This document shows positions 29,043 to 38,508 of a stretch of 64,000 nt of DNA, piece after piece; positions within the stretch are counted from its first letter, which is position 1; every line of letters starts with the position of its first letter. The position numbers and the translations under genes were made by a program. This DNA comes from an uncultured virus (IMG/VR IMGVR_UViG_3300014526_000001) (lineage: Duplodnaviria > Heunggongvirae > Uroviricota > Caudoviricetes), in IMG/VR virus record IMGVR_UViG_3300014526_000001. The stretch is one strand, 5' to 3'. The notes under the pieces are model-generated. The model did no database searches and was not told the DNA's origin. It worked only from the letters and a program-made list of their open reading frames with translations.

Positions 29043-29903
29043 TTATTTAGTCGCTATTTCCAGATTCTTAATGTTTGAGTATTTATTCAAGATTAATGTT
29101 CCACGAAAGATATTGTCATCAATAAGTAATGACTTGGGATTACCAGACACAACCTGCGCTTTTCGATCTAAAATTGAAGCGATTTCAAAGCCGTTCTCAA
29201 TAATAAAATCAGTGGAAGGCATTGATGGTCCTGAAGCATCCACAACAAAAATTGAATCATCTATTTTTGTTATGAATTTGTATGTTCCGTTGTAATGTAC
29301 AAACGTTTTTTCTCGAATGAGTAAACTTTTATGATAATACGAAATTCCAGAGGAAACTAAAGGAGACATTTTAACTTCATTGACAATTAACCGACTAGGA
29401 TCAAAGGAGCTCCAAAATATCAAACCTATAGAATCTTCTGCTGGAGCCGATCTTGCTTTAAATATTTCTTTTATCTCAGATTGAGGTAGTTGCCTGTTCC
29501 AGAATTTTGGTAGCTGGATAGTAACTATGTCAAAAAAGTTCCCTATTGAGCCAAAGACCTTGCCGCAACTTGTTGTAGCTCCTAATGAAGACACAAGTTC
29601 TCCATTTACATAAATTATTGTAGAGGACCCAAAAACAACTGCAACATGATATGTCTCTCCCTTAGTAAGCGAAAAGTTGGAGTATTGAACTCTTCCAGGG
29701 CCACCATAACAATTACCACCTGTTCTTACACCAATTGTATTATTGGCTGACAGTTCAATAGTTGCTTCCTCGTTCGTGGATCGTCCTGTGAACAATTTTA
29801 CAGAGCTACTACTTGATTTCAATACTTTGATCCAAAAATCAACAGTGAGAACACTAGTCTTAGGGAAACTAAGTGTACCGTTTTGTATAGGATAGCTTAT
29901 CAA
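29043..29903 (-). CDS. LamG-like payload plus module A
   Basis: LTVDFWIK, YHVAVVF, IYVNGEL, KFWNRQL; C-terminus ILDRK...IFRGTLILNKYSNIKNLEI. Confidence 0.7.
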   Translation of the reverse strand: MISYPIQNGTLSFPKTSVLTVDFWIKVLKSSSSSVKLFTGRSTNEEATIELSANNTIGVRTGGNCYGGPGRVQYSNFSLTKGETYHVAVVFGSSTIIYVNGELVSSLGATTSCGKVFGSIGNFFDIVTIQLPKFWNRQLPQSEIKEIFKARSAPAEDSIGLIFWSSFDPSRLIVNEVKMSPLVSSGISYYHKSLLIREKTFVHYNGTYKFITKIDDSIFVVDASGPSMPSTDFIIENGFEIASILDRKAQVVSGNPKSLLIDDNIFRGTLILNKYSNIKNLEIATK

Positions 29904-29917
29904 ATTAGAATACCTCC

Positions 29918-30715
29918 TTACTTTTTTTGCTCTACTTTCGTAAATGGATGGTTTTTTGAATCAATAATGTCTATATTATCTATATCTAAATAATCATTAA
30001 GTGACACCATTTTCCTAAAAGTATTGCCTGAATCAAAAGTGATATTTGTGAGAATCATTGTATCCTCTTTTATTCTTGTCGCTCTGTCAAAAACAGAAAG
30101 TGAGCCTAGACCATGAAGATCAAACAAGGCACGTGTAGGAGAAGTAGAGTCAGTAATTGACCATGTATCATCTTTAAAAGTCATAAGATTTTCCCCACTC
30201 TGTACAAGAAACTTTTCAGTAGCTATGATCTTTCCATAAATTCTGAATACTGTTGATTGATAATAAGTTCCTTGATAAGCACTCGAAGTGTAAATTCGTA
30301 TTTTCCAGCAAGAAAAATCTACGTTTATGTTCACAATCCCGCTCTTGTGACTCCAACTTGTATAGGATTTTACCGTTTCCCATCGACTATCAGTTCTCGG
30401 ATCATTGTAAGAAGCTGTGTGATCATCGGTGTATTGAATAGCAAAATTAGACGGTGAAGTATTGCCATTCCAGCTTGAGACACCAAATGCAACCTCAATT
30501 TTTTGAACTTGCATTTTTTCGGTGTTGTTGATAGGAAATATAGCGACAACACTTGGAGAACCAAAACTTACTATGTGACTTCTATAAACTCCATCTGGTC
30601 CATTCCCGTCATCAATCTTGCCCCATGTCCGACGAAGCAATGTTGTCATATTACTATTGTTAGACTGAATGCTTGCTCCTAGATTTATCATACTAAAACT
30701 CCTTTTAAAAGCCAC
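29918..30715 (-). CDS. Discoidin-like payload plus module A
   Basis: PSNFAIQYTDD...W motif; C-terminus KFLVQSG...W...PTRALFDLHGL...FRKMVSLNDYLDIDNI. Confidence 0.7.
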   Translation of the reverse strand: MAFKRSFSMINLGASIQSNNSNMTTLLRRTWGKIDDGNGPDGVYRSHIVSFGSPSVVAIFPINNTEKMQVQKIEVAFGVSSWNGNTSPSNFAIQYTDDHTASYNDPRTDSRWETVKSYTSWSHKSGIVNINVDFSCWKIRIYTSSAYQGTYYQSTVFRIYGKIIATEKFLVQSGENLMTFKDDTWSITDSTSPTRALFDLHGLGSLSVFDRATRIKEDTMILTNITFDSGNTFRKMVSLNDYLDIDNIDIIDSKNHPFTKVEQKK

Positions 30716-30718
30716 AGC

Positions 30719-31900
30719 CTAGATTTTTAGAGATTGAATGCTTGTATATTTAGACAAATTTAAGGATTGTGAGTAAGCAGATTCCTGCTCATGACTGGTG
30801 ATATTTTGAGTAATATTAATCAATGGAATAGGAGGAAGCTCTGAGGATTTTCTTTCAAATATACTTCTGTCTTCCATCCCCCACTCTAAGAAGTCGTGGA
30901 AAGTAGATATGGTTTCTGTATCATAAGCGCTCCAGTGAGCCGACGATTCTATTACCGACTCTAGGAAATCAATTTCTGTAATCGCAAAAGCTGATGTCCC
31001 ATAGGTCGATTTAATAAACAATCCGTACTTTTGGTAATGCTTGCTGTTTTTAAAGTCAAAAGTTCTTGTTTCGCCAGCCGCCCATGGAGTTGTATTGAAC
31101 TCTGCTAAGTCTACATATGCACCATTTTCATATGCTTGAACAATAAAATTCTTCACTCCTTGTGTCGTGACATAACTATCTACTCTGGCTGTAATGGCAA
31201 CTCGAACAACTCTTTTAAGCTTCCCAATGTCATAAGAAATCCATTGTGGCACTGCACCATTTGTTTGTCCTGTGTGCCAAGCGCCATTAGCATGGACATT
31301 GAGTTTTTTATCGAAAGCTCTAAAGCCTTCATATCCGCTTCCCCATATGCTGCTTTGCTCAACTATACCTGTAGGTGTTGTTGCTGAAGTCATTGCTGGG
31401 ACTACACTAAAGTAGCCACCTTTAACTTCAGGATTCCATTTTTTATATTTATCATTGTGCAAAATAAGAGTCCTGTCTTTTTTTACAACAGATTCGTCAT
31501 AAGTAGATATTCCAAGGCCATTACTTTGCACATCAACAGCTCTTAAGGTTCCTAAAGATGACAATACCGTAATAATTACCGTATGCCATCTGTCGGTTAG
31601 TCCAGTGGCAACGAATCCTACGTAATTATTAGCATTAGCAGAATGGTATCCTTTATAAGCTAAAGGCTCCTGTCCATCAATGGAGATGCTCATGTTTCCT
31701 CTGTTTGACCATGAATACACTAAGACAGTCAAAGAAGTCCCATAAAAGTTAAAACGGACTGTTGAGCCTTCTGTATAAGAAATCATGTCGGAACCAGAAT
31801 TATTTAACCATCCATTACTATAGTTAAAATTAGAATCCATAAATAAGTATCTTTTATATCCATTTTCTGCGGCGGTTAATTGCTGTCCAATAGTTGCCAT
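30719..31900 (-). CDS. Two-payload protein; discoidin inserted into module A
   Basis: N-terminal FNFYGT...ISIDG...HTV jelly roll; MTSATTP discoidin; C-terminus YSQSLNLSKYTSIQSLKI. Confidence 0.8.
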   Translation of the reverse strand: MATIGQQLTAAENGYKRYLFMDSNFNYSNGWLNNSGSDMISYTEGSTVRFNFYGTSLTVLVYSWSNRGNMSISIDGQEPLAYKGYHSANANNYVGFVATGLTDRWHTVIITVLSSLGTLRAVDVQSNGLGISTYDESVVKKDRTLILHNDKYKKWNPEVKGGYFSVVPAMTSATTPTGIVEQSSIWGSGYEGFRAFDKKLNVHANGAWHTGQTNGAVPQWISYDIGKLKRVVRVAITARVDSYVTTQGVKNFIVQAYENGAYVDLAEFNTTPWAAGETRTFDFKNSKHYQKYGLFIKSTYGTSAFAITEIDFLESVIESSAHWSAYDTETISTFHDFLEWGMEDRSIFERKSSELPPIPLINITQNITSHEQESAYSQSLNLSKYTSIQSLKI

Positions 31901-31901
31901 T

Positions 31902-33317
31902 TTACTTCACTTCCTTGGTGTCAAATCTAGCGGTTCTTATATCTTTATATGTCTTTAAGTTAATATCATAATAGTGAACGTTACTGATTTTTGTAGCGAC
32001 CGACAAGTTAAACTCTAAGAGTGTGTTACTTAGCGCTTTCGATAGGTTATCTTCGCCATGTGTACTTATTAAGCCTAAGTCATCAGTAAATTCTTCCCAT
32101 ACTGGAGAGGAAATCTCTTCATCCATCCCAATAAACTCTAGCTTTGTAAGTACAAAGTAATTTCTATTAACAGTTCGAACATTGTAGATTCGATAAGCGA
32201 GGTACCTTTGATCGTTTTTAAAAGAGAATGTCTTTGTCTCGAATATTCCCCAGTTATTGATACTTGCAAACTCTGCAAGGGTTGTCCAGTTGGTCATATC
32301 GTCGCTTGCTTGTACACGAAAAATCATTGGGGCATCTGAGGAAGCATATGAATTATTTCTTGTTCTTATTGTTACCTTAGTAATCTTTCTAGGTATGCTA
32401 AATTGATATCCGATATATTCATTCTCTGCATAAGTTCCTGATTTTGCTGAATGTCCTTCTCTAGCATCATCTACAAAAACAAAATAAGCTTGTGTATTAG
32501 AGTAAACTGATTTTGAGAAAGCTAACCCTTCAGGTTCAGTGTTGCTAGTCATTGTAGGAACAAGATTTCTCTCTACTAGATAGTTGGGATTTGGAAGAAA
32601 TTTCTTATGCTTATTTTCATGAAGAACAAAACTTTTATTCTGATAAATAAAGTTTTTGTCATTAATCATGGTTGATATATCCATATCAAAGACAATTAAA
32701 TTTGCTATATTTCCTTTAAATGGGTTTGCATTGCCACCTGAATTCCATTGTCCTAACCTGGCATTCATTCCCGTCCATTGCCTAGCAAGCTTCCCATTAG
32801 ATACTGCCTTTGGTTTTGAAAAATCATCAATGTATAGCTTTACATTATTATTCCCTACTTTTCCGTCCCAGGTAAAAAGCACATCATGAAAATTCCCATC
32901 ACATATGTTAAAAGTCGTATATGGAACAGTAACCCTTGGAAAGCAAGCATTCCAAGCGTTATGATAAAAATCAACAAATAATCCTGTAGATGATAAACAA
33001 AACTGAATTCCATTAGTTGATGATGTTGCCTGAGTACCACCTATTATTTCTCCCCACGATGAAGGCTTAAAAGCTTTAAGTCTCATATAAATACTCATAG
33101 CTCCAATAGGCGTCAAACGTGTATTAAGCAATACTGAATCATTTACTCCATCAAAATACAATCCTTCATTCACAACCCACGTTGCACCAGATATTGTACC
33201 AACATAGCTGTTTTTGCAGTCTCTAATAATGGATCCGGCGCCTTCGTCAAACTTATACCAACAGATCGAATATTTTTCAGCTAAGTGTTCGATTATGTCT
33301 TGACGATTAACAGTCAT
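31902..33317 (-). CDS. LamG plus discoidin inserted into module A
   Basis: WYKFDEG...FDGVND...HDVLFTWDG; KSFVLHENKHKKF, MTSNTEP discoidin, then INLKTYKDIRT. Confidence 0.8.
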   Translation of the reverse strand: MTVNRQDIIEHLAEKYSICWYKFDEGAGSIIRDCKNSYVGTISGATWVVNEGLYFDGVNDSVLLNTRLTPIGAMSIYMRLKAFKPSSWGEIIGGTQATSSTNGIQFCLSSTGLFVDFYHNAWNACFPRVTVPYTTFNICDGNFHDVLFTWDGKVGNNNVKLYIDDFSKPKAVSNGKLARQWTGMNARLGQWNSGGNANPFKGNIANLIVFDMDISTMINDKNFIYQNKSFVLHENKHKKFLPNPNYLVERNLVPTMTSNTEPEGLAFSKSVYSNTQAYFVFVDDAREGHSAKSGTYAENEYIGYQFSIPRKITKVTIRTRNNSYASSDAPMIFRVQASDDMTNWTTLAEFASINNWGIFETKTFSFKNDQRYLAYRIYNVRTVNRNYFVLTKLEFIGMDEEISSPVWEEFTDDLGLISTHGEDNLSKALSNTLLEFNLSVATKISNVHYYDINLKTYKDIRTARFDTKEVK

Positions 33318-33497
33318 AAAAACAACACCTCGATATAATTAGTCCTTCTCTTATTACTAATAACTTTAGATCTTAAGCACATCAAAGGATTGATTGCACT
33401 CGAAACAAACTTAAAGGTTGTGAGAAAATTAACGAAGCCATCTTATTTTTACAATAGGATAAATAGAACTTAAGGAAAAGAAACAAGAATAAATAGT

Positions 33498-33524
33498 AAA
33501 AGACCAACCAAAATGGTTGGTCTT
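33498..33524 (-). terminator. Terminator after the large lysin
   Basis: AAGACCAACCA / TGGTTGGTCTT stem. Confidence 0.6.
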
Positions 33525-33611
33525 ATTATAGGGTGAGGGGGAGGGGTCTTTTAGAGAACCAGGTTCTCATAGTTTTTATTACGACTTATCATTCCTTATA
33601 TAACCATCAAA

Positions 33612-36600
33612 TCAAACTTTTATCTTTTTATGCAACTGACCTTTTAGATATGGTAATGCGACTTTTGGATCAATCGTTTTGTTCTGTGCATCTCTTATTT
33701 CAAAGTGTAAATGGAAGCCTGTTTTACCATAGACCCTTCCTGTGTTGCCTTCTTTGGCAATCACTGTGCCAGGATTCACTGAGTCTCCAACAGAAACTTG
33801 CATGCTTTTATCTTGTAAGTGCATGTAGATTGTTCTGACTCCGCCCTCATGTGTAATTTCAACCACATTCCCCATTCCCCCATTATATCCTGGAGATACC
33901 TTTGTTACCTTGCCCTTGGCTGCTGCAACAATTGGCGAACCGCTACCGCCTTGTAGGTCGATACCATTGTGGAACTCTGTTCCGCCGTTAATACTACGAT
34001 TACCATAGTCACTTGTGAATGTAACCTTATTATCATAGTAATCGCTTGAATAAGGGAATGTCATTGCGAATCCAATCTCTTTAGCAGCTGGAGCTGTAGA
34101 TAAACTCTCCGCAATGTCTTTAGACATTAAAGCCTTATAGATGTAGTGTATTTTAGGGTAATACTCTAGCTTTTCCTTATGCCTACTTGTATCTCCAGGC
34201 CATTGTCCTTTTAAGTTTCGGTAAAAGTTCGTCCAAATTTGATCATACGTCCAAGTGCTGTGCTGATTTTTATCTAGTCCTGGAGTATAGACAGGGCCAT
34301 ATCCTTTAGAACTATTACCAATTATTAAAGCCTCGCCGGAATTATAGGCAATGCTTAAGTTTACAATATTGCTTGATTCCCAAACAGCTTTGCGTTTGCT
34401 TACAAGATGCGCACAGCCTTTTTCTATGTTTGTCTTTATTTTATCCGAAATAGACATGCTTAAATAATTACTTGGCAAATTGTTTATATGCATCTGCATT
34501 AGTCCTACAAATCCGTCAGGTTCACCATTATTATATCTCCCTGTCGATTCTACTATAATGACCGATAGCACAAGCAGAGGATCTAGTCCATATTTAGTAG
34601 CAGCATCCTTAATATACTGTTCGAAGTTAGAGTCTGCATCTTTTAAAGCTTTGAGTGCAGAGTCTACGTTTTTAGCGTATGCTTTACCGTTGTTCACGTA
34701 CTGCGTCATTGCATTGTTTGTTGCTAAGCTATCAAAGACAGCATCATTCATCTCAATTTGCTTCCGTACTTCTTCTGTCGATTGGATAGAAGTTGTCTCT
34801 GTTCCTCCCGTGTAGCCGCCACTACCCGAAGGTGAGAATCCTCCTCCGTATCCTAACTTACTGTAGAATGTAGAACCAGTTGGCCCATAGAAGATACCGA
34901 TCCCTTCAAAGCCTGCGCCAGTAGGATCGTTGTGATGCTCGATATTTTTGTAGTTACTAGCTAAGCGTTCTGATTCACGTCCGTCGTCATAACGAACATG
35001 TGGTGTTTGCTTCTCGATAGGAACTAAATCCCAATTCATTTTAAAGCCCTCTGGCCATACTTCCTTGAAGTCTTTATCCCCGTCTTCACGCTTGTTCTTC
35101 TTGATCTGCTCAAGATCAAGGAACATCTTTTCTATCTTGTCTGGCTTCTCCTCAATCTTTGTCTGGTCGATGGAGTCTTGCATTTGCTGATAAGCCATTT
35201 GATTATCATCATTAATTAACTGCAGAGAGCGCCCCAGTTCATTCTCGATCTCATAAACCTTACCAAGTATTGGTTCATATCTTGTACAGCTTAGACATTG
35301 ATCCAACGTCATAACCTGACCATCGTTTATGCGATCATGATGGAGGCAACGAATTGATTTGTATTTATGGAATTCACTTTGTCCGCCATAATACACACAG
35401 TTGATATTAATGCGCGAACCTAATCGGAATGTATTTCGGTAAAGCGTTGCAAGGTTGTTCTCTACCTGAACCATCCGCTTCTCAACTTTATCTGACAAAT
35501 CCATAACGATCTTGGCCAGCTGCACTGTATGTTGATGTGGTTGATAGAATGATAATCGATGAATCTTCATAAACGGAAGATGCTGCTCAAGTTCTTCAAT
35601 CTTTTCATCTACTGGGAGCGGATCATTGTTATTAGCTGGCTTTCCGAAGTTTGGGACTTTCTTTTTGTACCTGTGTTCTTTATTATCATAAACAAGTGAC
35701 CGCTTCTTGTAATCTTCATAATCAAAAAAGATTTTCGCAATGTCGATCCCTTTTTTAATGAATGACTCGAAATTAACTTCGTTAGCCATATCATACTTCT
35801 GTTCAGTTTCCTTCTTTTCCTCTTCGTTTTTCCATAAAGGAGACAATGGCTGTACGTATTCCTTTGGAGTCTTTTGAGGAGCCACTAAGTCAGGGTAAAC
35901 CGGTTCTCCTGGTGTCTCTTCTAAGGGCTGCTTATCAATAACAACAAGGCCGCCACTTGTCGTTACTCTGAAGCCACCTTCTGAGTTAGGAGCTGTTGAA
36001 ACAGAAGAATTTGCAAAAGCATCTTGTAATCCGTCAACCGAACTGCCGATCGAGTCTCCCGCTTCTGCTGGAGTCTGTCCCTCAATATCAGCCTGATTAA
36101 CAGACAACTTTATGTCAGCCACTTGCTGAGAAATATCGCCTTTCCAGTTATCAAGGTCAGCCTTTTTGCCAACACATTTAACTAGCGTGAAAGCAATAGC
36201 CTGGCAGATTTTCTCAAAGTTCTGCTTGTACAAAGTCATGTCAGTAGAGCTATTCATAAAGCAAATTTCTAATAATAACGAGTTCGCTTTACAGCCATTA
36301 GTAAATGCTAGCGACTTTGACTTTGGACCGCGGTCCTTAAATCCACCAGCAAGGGCCATAGCAGCTGATACTGCCGCCGCCATTTTATGCGTAGTAGAAT
36401 CTCCACTTTTATAAAACGCCTCTGATCCAATTCCACTAGAGGTGGACGTACCAGAGCTATTAAAATGGACACTCACATCCAATTTACGTGTTTGCTTATT
36501 GTGGTAATTTACAAGATGCGTTAAGTTAGCATTTTGCGTTGTACTGACGTCATCATAATAGAATTCGGCTGCTAAGCTATTCTCTTTAAGAATTTCTACA

Positions 36601-36704
36601 ACACGTTTAGAAACGTTACGGGCCTCCCCTACCTCAGTCATTCCATTTCCGGATGTTCCCGCAACATGTGTCCCGTGTCCTGCTGAAATAATAATATCTG
36701 CCAT
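33612..36704 (-). CDS. Tri-catalytic peptidoglycan hydrolase (amidase_3 + SLT transglycosylase + M23 peptidase)
   Basis: SAGHG / SVHFN / LLEICF; AATKYGLDP...IVES...GLMQ...AYNSG; HNGIDL / YMHL / HLHFE. Confidence 0.85.
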   Translation of the reverse strand: MADIIISAGHGTHVAGTSGNGMTEVGEARNVSKRVVEILKENSLAAEFYYDDVSTTQNANLTHLVNYHNKQTRKLDVSVHFNSSGTSTSSGIGSEAFYKSGDSTTHKMAAAVSAAMALAGGFKDRGPKSKSLAFTNGCKANSLLLEICFMNSSTDMTLYKQNFEKICQAIAFTLVKCVGKKADLDNWKGDISQQVADIKLSVNQADIEGQTPAEAGDSIGSSVDGLQDAFANSSVSTAPNSEGGFRVTTSGGLVVIDKQPLEETPGEPVYPDLVAPQKTPKEYVQPLSPLWKNEEEKKETEQKYDMANEVNFESFIKKGIDIAKIFFDYEDYKKRSLVYDNKEHRYKKKVPNFGKPANNNDPLPVDEKIEELEQHLPFMKIHRLSFYQPHQHTVQLAKIVMDLSDKVEKRMVQVENNLATLYRNTFRLGSRININCVYYGGQSEFHKYKSIRCLHHDRINDGQVMTLDQCLSCTRYEPILGKVYEIENELGRSLQLINDDNQMAYQQMQDSIDQTKIEEKPDKIEKMFLDLEQIKKNKREDGDKDFKEVWPEGFKMNWDLVPIEKQTPHVRYDDGRESERLASNYKNIEHHNDPTGAGFEGIGIFYGPTGSTFYSKLGYGGGFSPSGSGGYTGGTETTSIQSTEEVRKQIEMNDAVFDSLATNNAMTQYVNNGKAYAKNVDSALKALKDADSNFEQYIKDAATKYGLDPLLVLSVIIVESTGRYNNGEPDGFVGLMQMHINNLPSNYLSMSISDKIKTNIEKGCAHLVSKRKAVWESSNIVNLSIAYNSGEALIIGNSSKGYGPVYTPGLDKNQHSTWTYDQIWTNFYRNLKGQWPGDTSRHKEKLEYYPKIHYIYKALMSKDIAESLSTAPAAKEIGFAMTFPYSSDYYDNKVTFTSDYGNRSINGGTEFHNGIDLQGGSGSPIVAAAKGKVTKVSPGYNGGMGNVVEITHEGGVRTIYMHLQDKSMQVSVGDSVNPGTVIAKEGNTGRVYGKTGFHLHFEIRDAQNKTIDPKVALPYLKGQLHKKIKV

Positions 36705-36955
36705 CAGAATCCCTCCTGATATGTAATTACCTTACTTCCAGAAAGGGGCAGCTTAGAAACTCGTTGTTCGTATTCTAGCTGCATGACATGATAGTAATCA
36801 CGAAAAGCTTGATGTAATTTTGTGTTATCAAATTCTTTTTTTCTTTTCCTCTTACTCATTTTGTTATTTACTCTACTCTTAAAAAAATTCGTAAAGTACT
36901 GTACACTCTTTGAATGCAACATTATCGAATCACGCTCCTTGATATATACCTTCAT
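36704..36955 (-). CDS. Hypothetical protein (possibly truncated)
   Basis: 83-aa ORF coupled to the lysin start; no clear RBS. Confidence 0.35.
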   Translation of the reverse strand: MKVYIKERDSIMLHSKSVQYFTNFFKSRVNNKMSKRKRKKEFDNTKLHQAFRDYYHVMQLEYEQRVSKLPLSGSKVITYQEGF

Positions 36956-37333
36956 TCAGAGAAGTCCTTTGTACAGCGACATCAGTGCCTATCGGAATGA
37001 AAGGAAATGATACTTATCTTAGATGTGACTTTAATGTTCATTTATCATGAGTGTTTTAGCTGTAAAGTTTCAAACTAATGGGGTTAATTACAAAGTAGTA
37101 CTTCATGAGATCTCTTTTCACCCTGTAACTATCCTGTCTTTAATTATACAAGACAATGTCAGAAGTGTCATTATGTTACCACGGTTTTTACAAAGCGTAA
37201 AAGTAATCATTTAAAACAGAATCTTGGTATTTGCAGATACTTTTTATAAAAAGGTTACCTAGAATTGTAATAATGAGTCAAACCATTTCATTGAACAAAT
37301 AAAAAAGTTTATTACTTTATTTCTACAAATTTG

Positions 37334-37378
37334 CTTACATCAATTTATATAAGCTTATATAAGCTTAAAGAAACTTAC
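37334..37378. repeat. 10-bp phased direct repeats upstream of the par operon
   Basis: CTTACATCAA TTTATATAAG CTTATATAAG CTTAAAGAAA CTTAC. Confidence 0.6.
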
Positions 37379-37435
37379 TTTATTATAAATAAATTATGTG
37401 GTAAACTATGGACAAAATAAGGAGGTGGAAATCGA

Positions 37436-37678
37436 TTGGGAGGCGAATTAAAAAATAGAAAGAGAATTTCTGCTTCAATTAGTTTAACAAATTATGAGGT
37501 TTTCAAAGAGTTATCGGACATTACACGCATTCCTCAATCTCGATTGTTAGACGAGGCCCTTAATGACTTATTTGCCAAATACGAAAATGAATTAGCAACA
37601 GCCTATACTAGAAGCATTAAGGATGAAATTACTCACTACAAAAAGCATTCTAAGATACTGGAGGAGAAAAGACGATGA
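37436..37678 (+). CDS. Ribbon-helix-helix DNA-binding protein
   Basis: LKNRKRISASI...LSDITRIPQSRLLDEALNDLFAKY; AAGGAGGTG RBS. Confidence 0.75.
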   Translation: MGGELKNRKRISASISLTNYEVFKELSDITRIPQSRLLDEALNDLFAKYENELATAYTRSIKDEITHYKKHSKILEEKRR

Positions 37679-38502
37679 AAAAAGCGAAAATCATCTCCGT
37701 CCACATCCAAAAAGGCGGAGCAGGAAAAACCACTACAACCTCTTTCCTCGGTGGAGAGTTGGCCGCAAGAGGTTTTAAAGTTCTGCTACTGGATACGGAC
37801 AAACAAAAGAATTTAACAGTTAACTATCGATTAAAATTTGAAGAGGATGATCCCGAGAAAAAAAGGAAAAACGTATACAACTTTATCATCAATTCAAAAA
37901 AGAAGGATTTTAATCCGTTTGATTACATCATTCCTACTGAGTTCGAAAACATTGATATGGTGCCTGCAGTATCAGATCAACCTTCAATCAGCAAGGAATT
38001 GGACAGCACAAATTTAGGCAGATTAGAGTTTGTAAAAAGTGCACTTCAAGGCTTGCAGAACGCTTATGATTTTATAATCATAGATTGTGGCCTTGATTTG
38101 GATGTTCTTTCCTACAATTGTTATCAAGCATCTGACTTTGTTATCGTTCCAGTTAATCCAGAACCAAACACAAAAGAGTGTATACCGCCTACTTATGCGT
38201 TCTTAGAAGAAAACATGGAACACAATCCAAACTTAAAAGCTGGAGTCGTATTTGTAAACGTCGATGCCAGAGAGTCTATCTCTAGAACAACTATTGCTTC
38301 AGTAGCTGAAGGGATGAAAGATCTTTGCAAAATTTTTGACATTCAAATACGAAGAGACACAAACGTGAAGCAAGCACAAGACTATCGCGTCCCTATTAAT
38401 CTATTTGCGCCTAAATCTAAAGCCGCAATAGATGTTAGTATGTTAATTGATGAACTACTACTTGAATTGAAGGAAGTATGTCCTGAAAAAATGGGGGTAT
38501 GA
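37675..38502 (+). CDS. parA: ParA-family partition ATPase
   Basis: KGGAGKTTTT deviant Walker A, LLLDTDKQ, YDFIIIDC. Confidence 0.9.
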   Translation: MKKAKIISVHIQKGGAGKTTTTSFLGGELAARGFKVLLLDTDKQKNLTVNYRLKFEEDDPEKKRKNVYNFIINSKKKDFNPFDYIIPTEFENIDMVPAVSDQPSISKELDSTNLGRLEFVKSALQGLQNAYDFIIIDCGLDLDVLSYNCYQASDFVIVPVNPEPNTKECIPPTYAFLEENMEHNPNLKAGVVFVNVDARESISRTTIASVAEGMKDLCKIFDIQIRRDTNVKQAQDYRVPINLFAPKSKAAIDVSMLIDELLLELKEVCPEKMGV

Positions 38503-38508
38503 TGTTAA

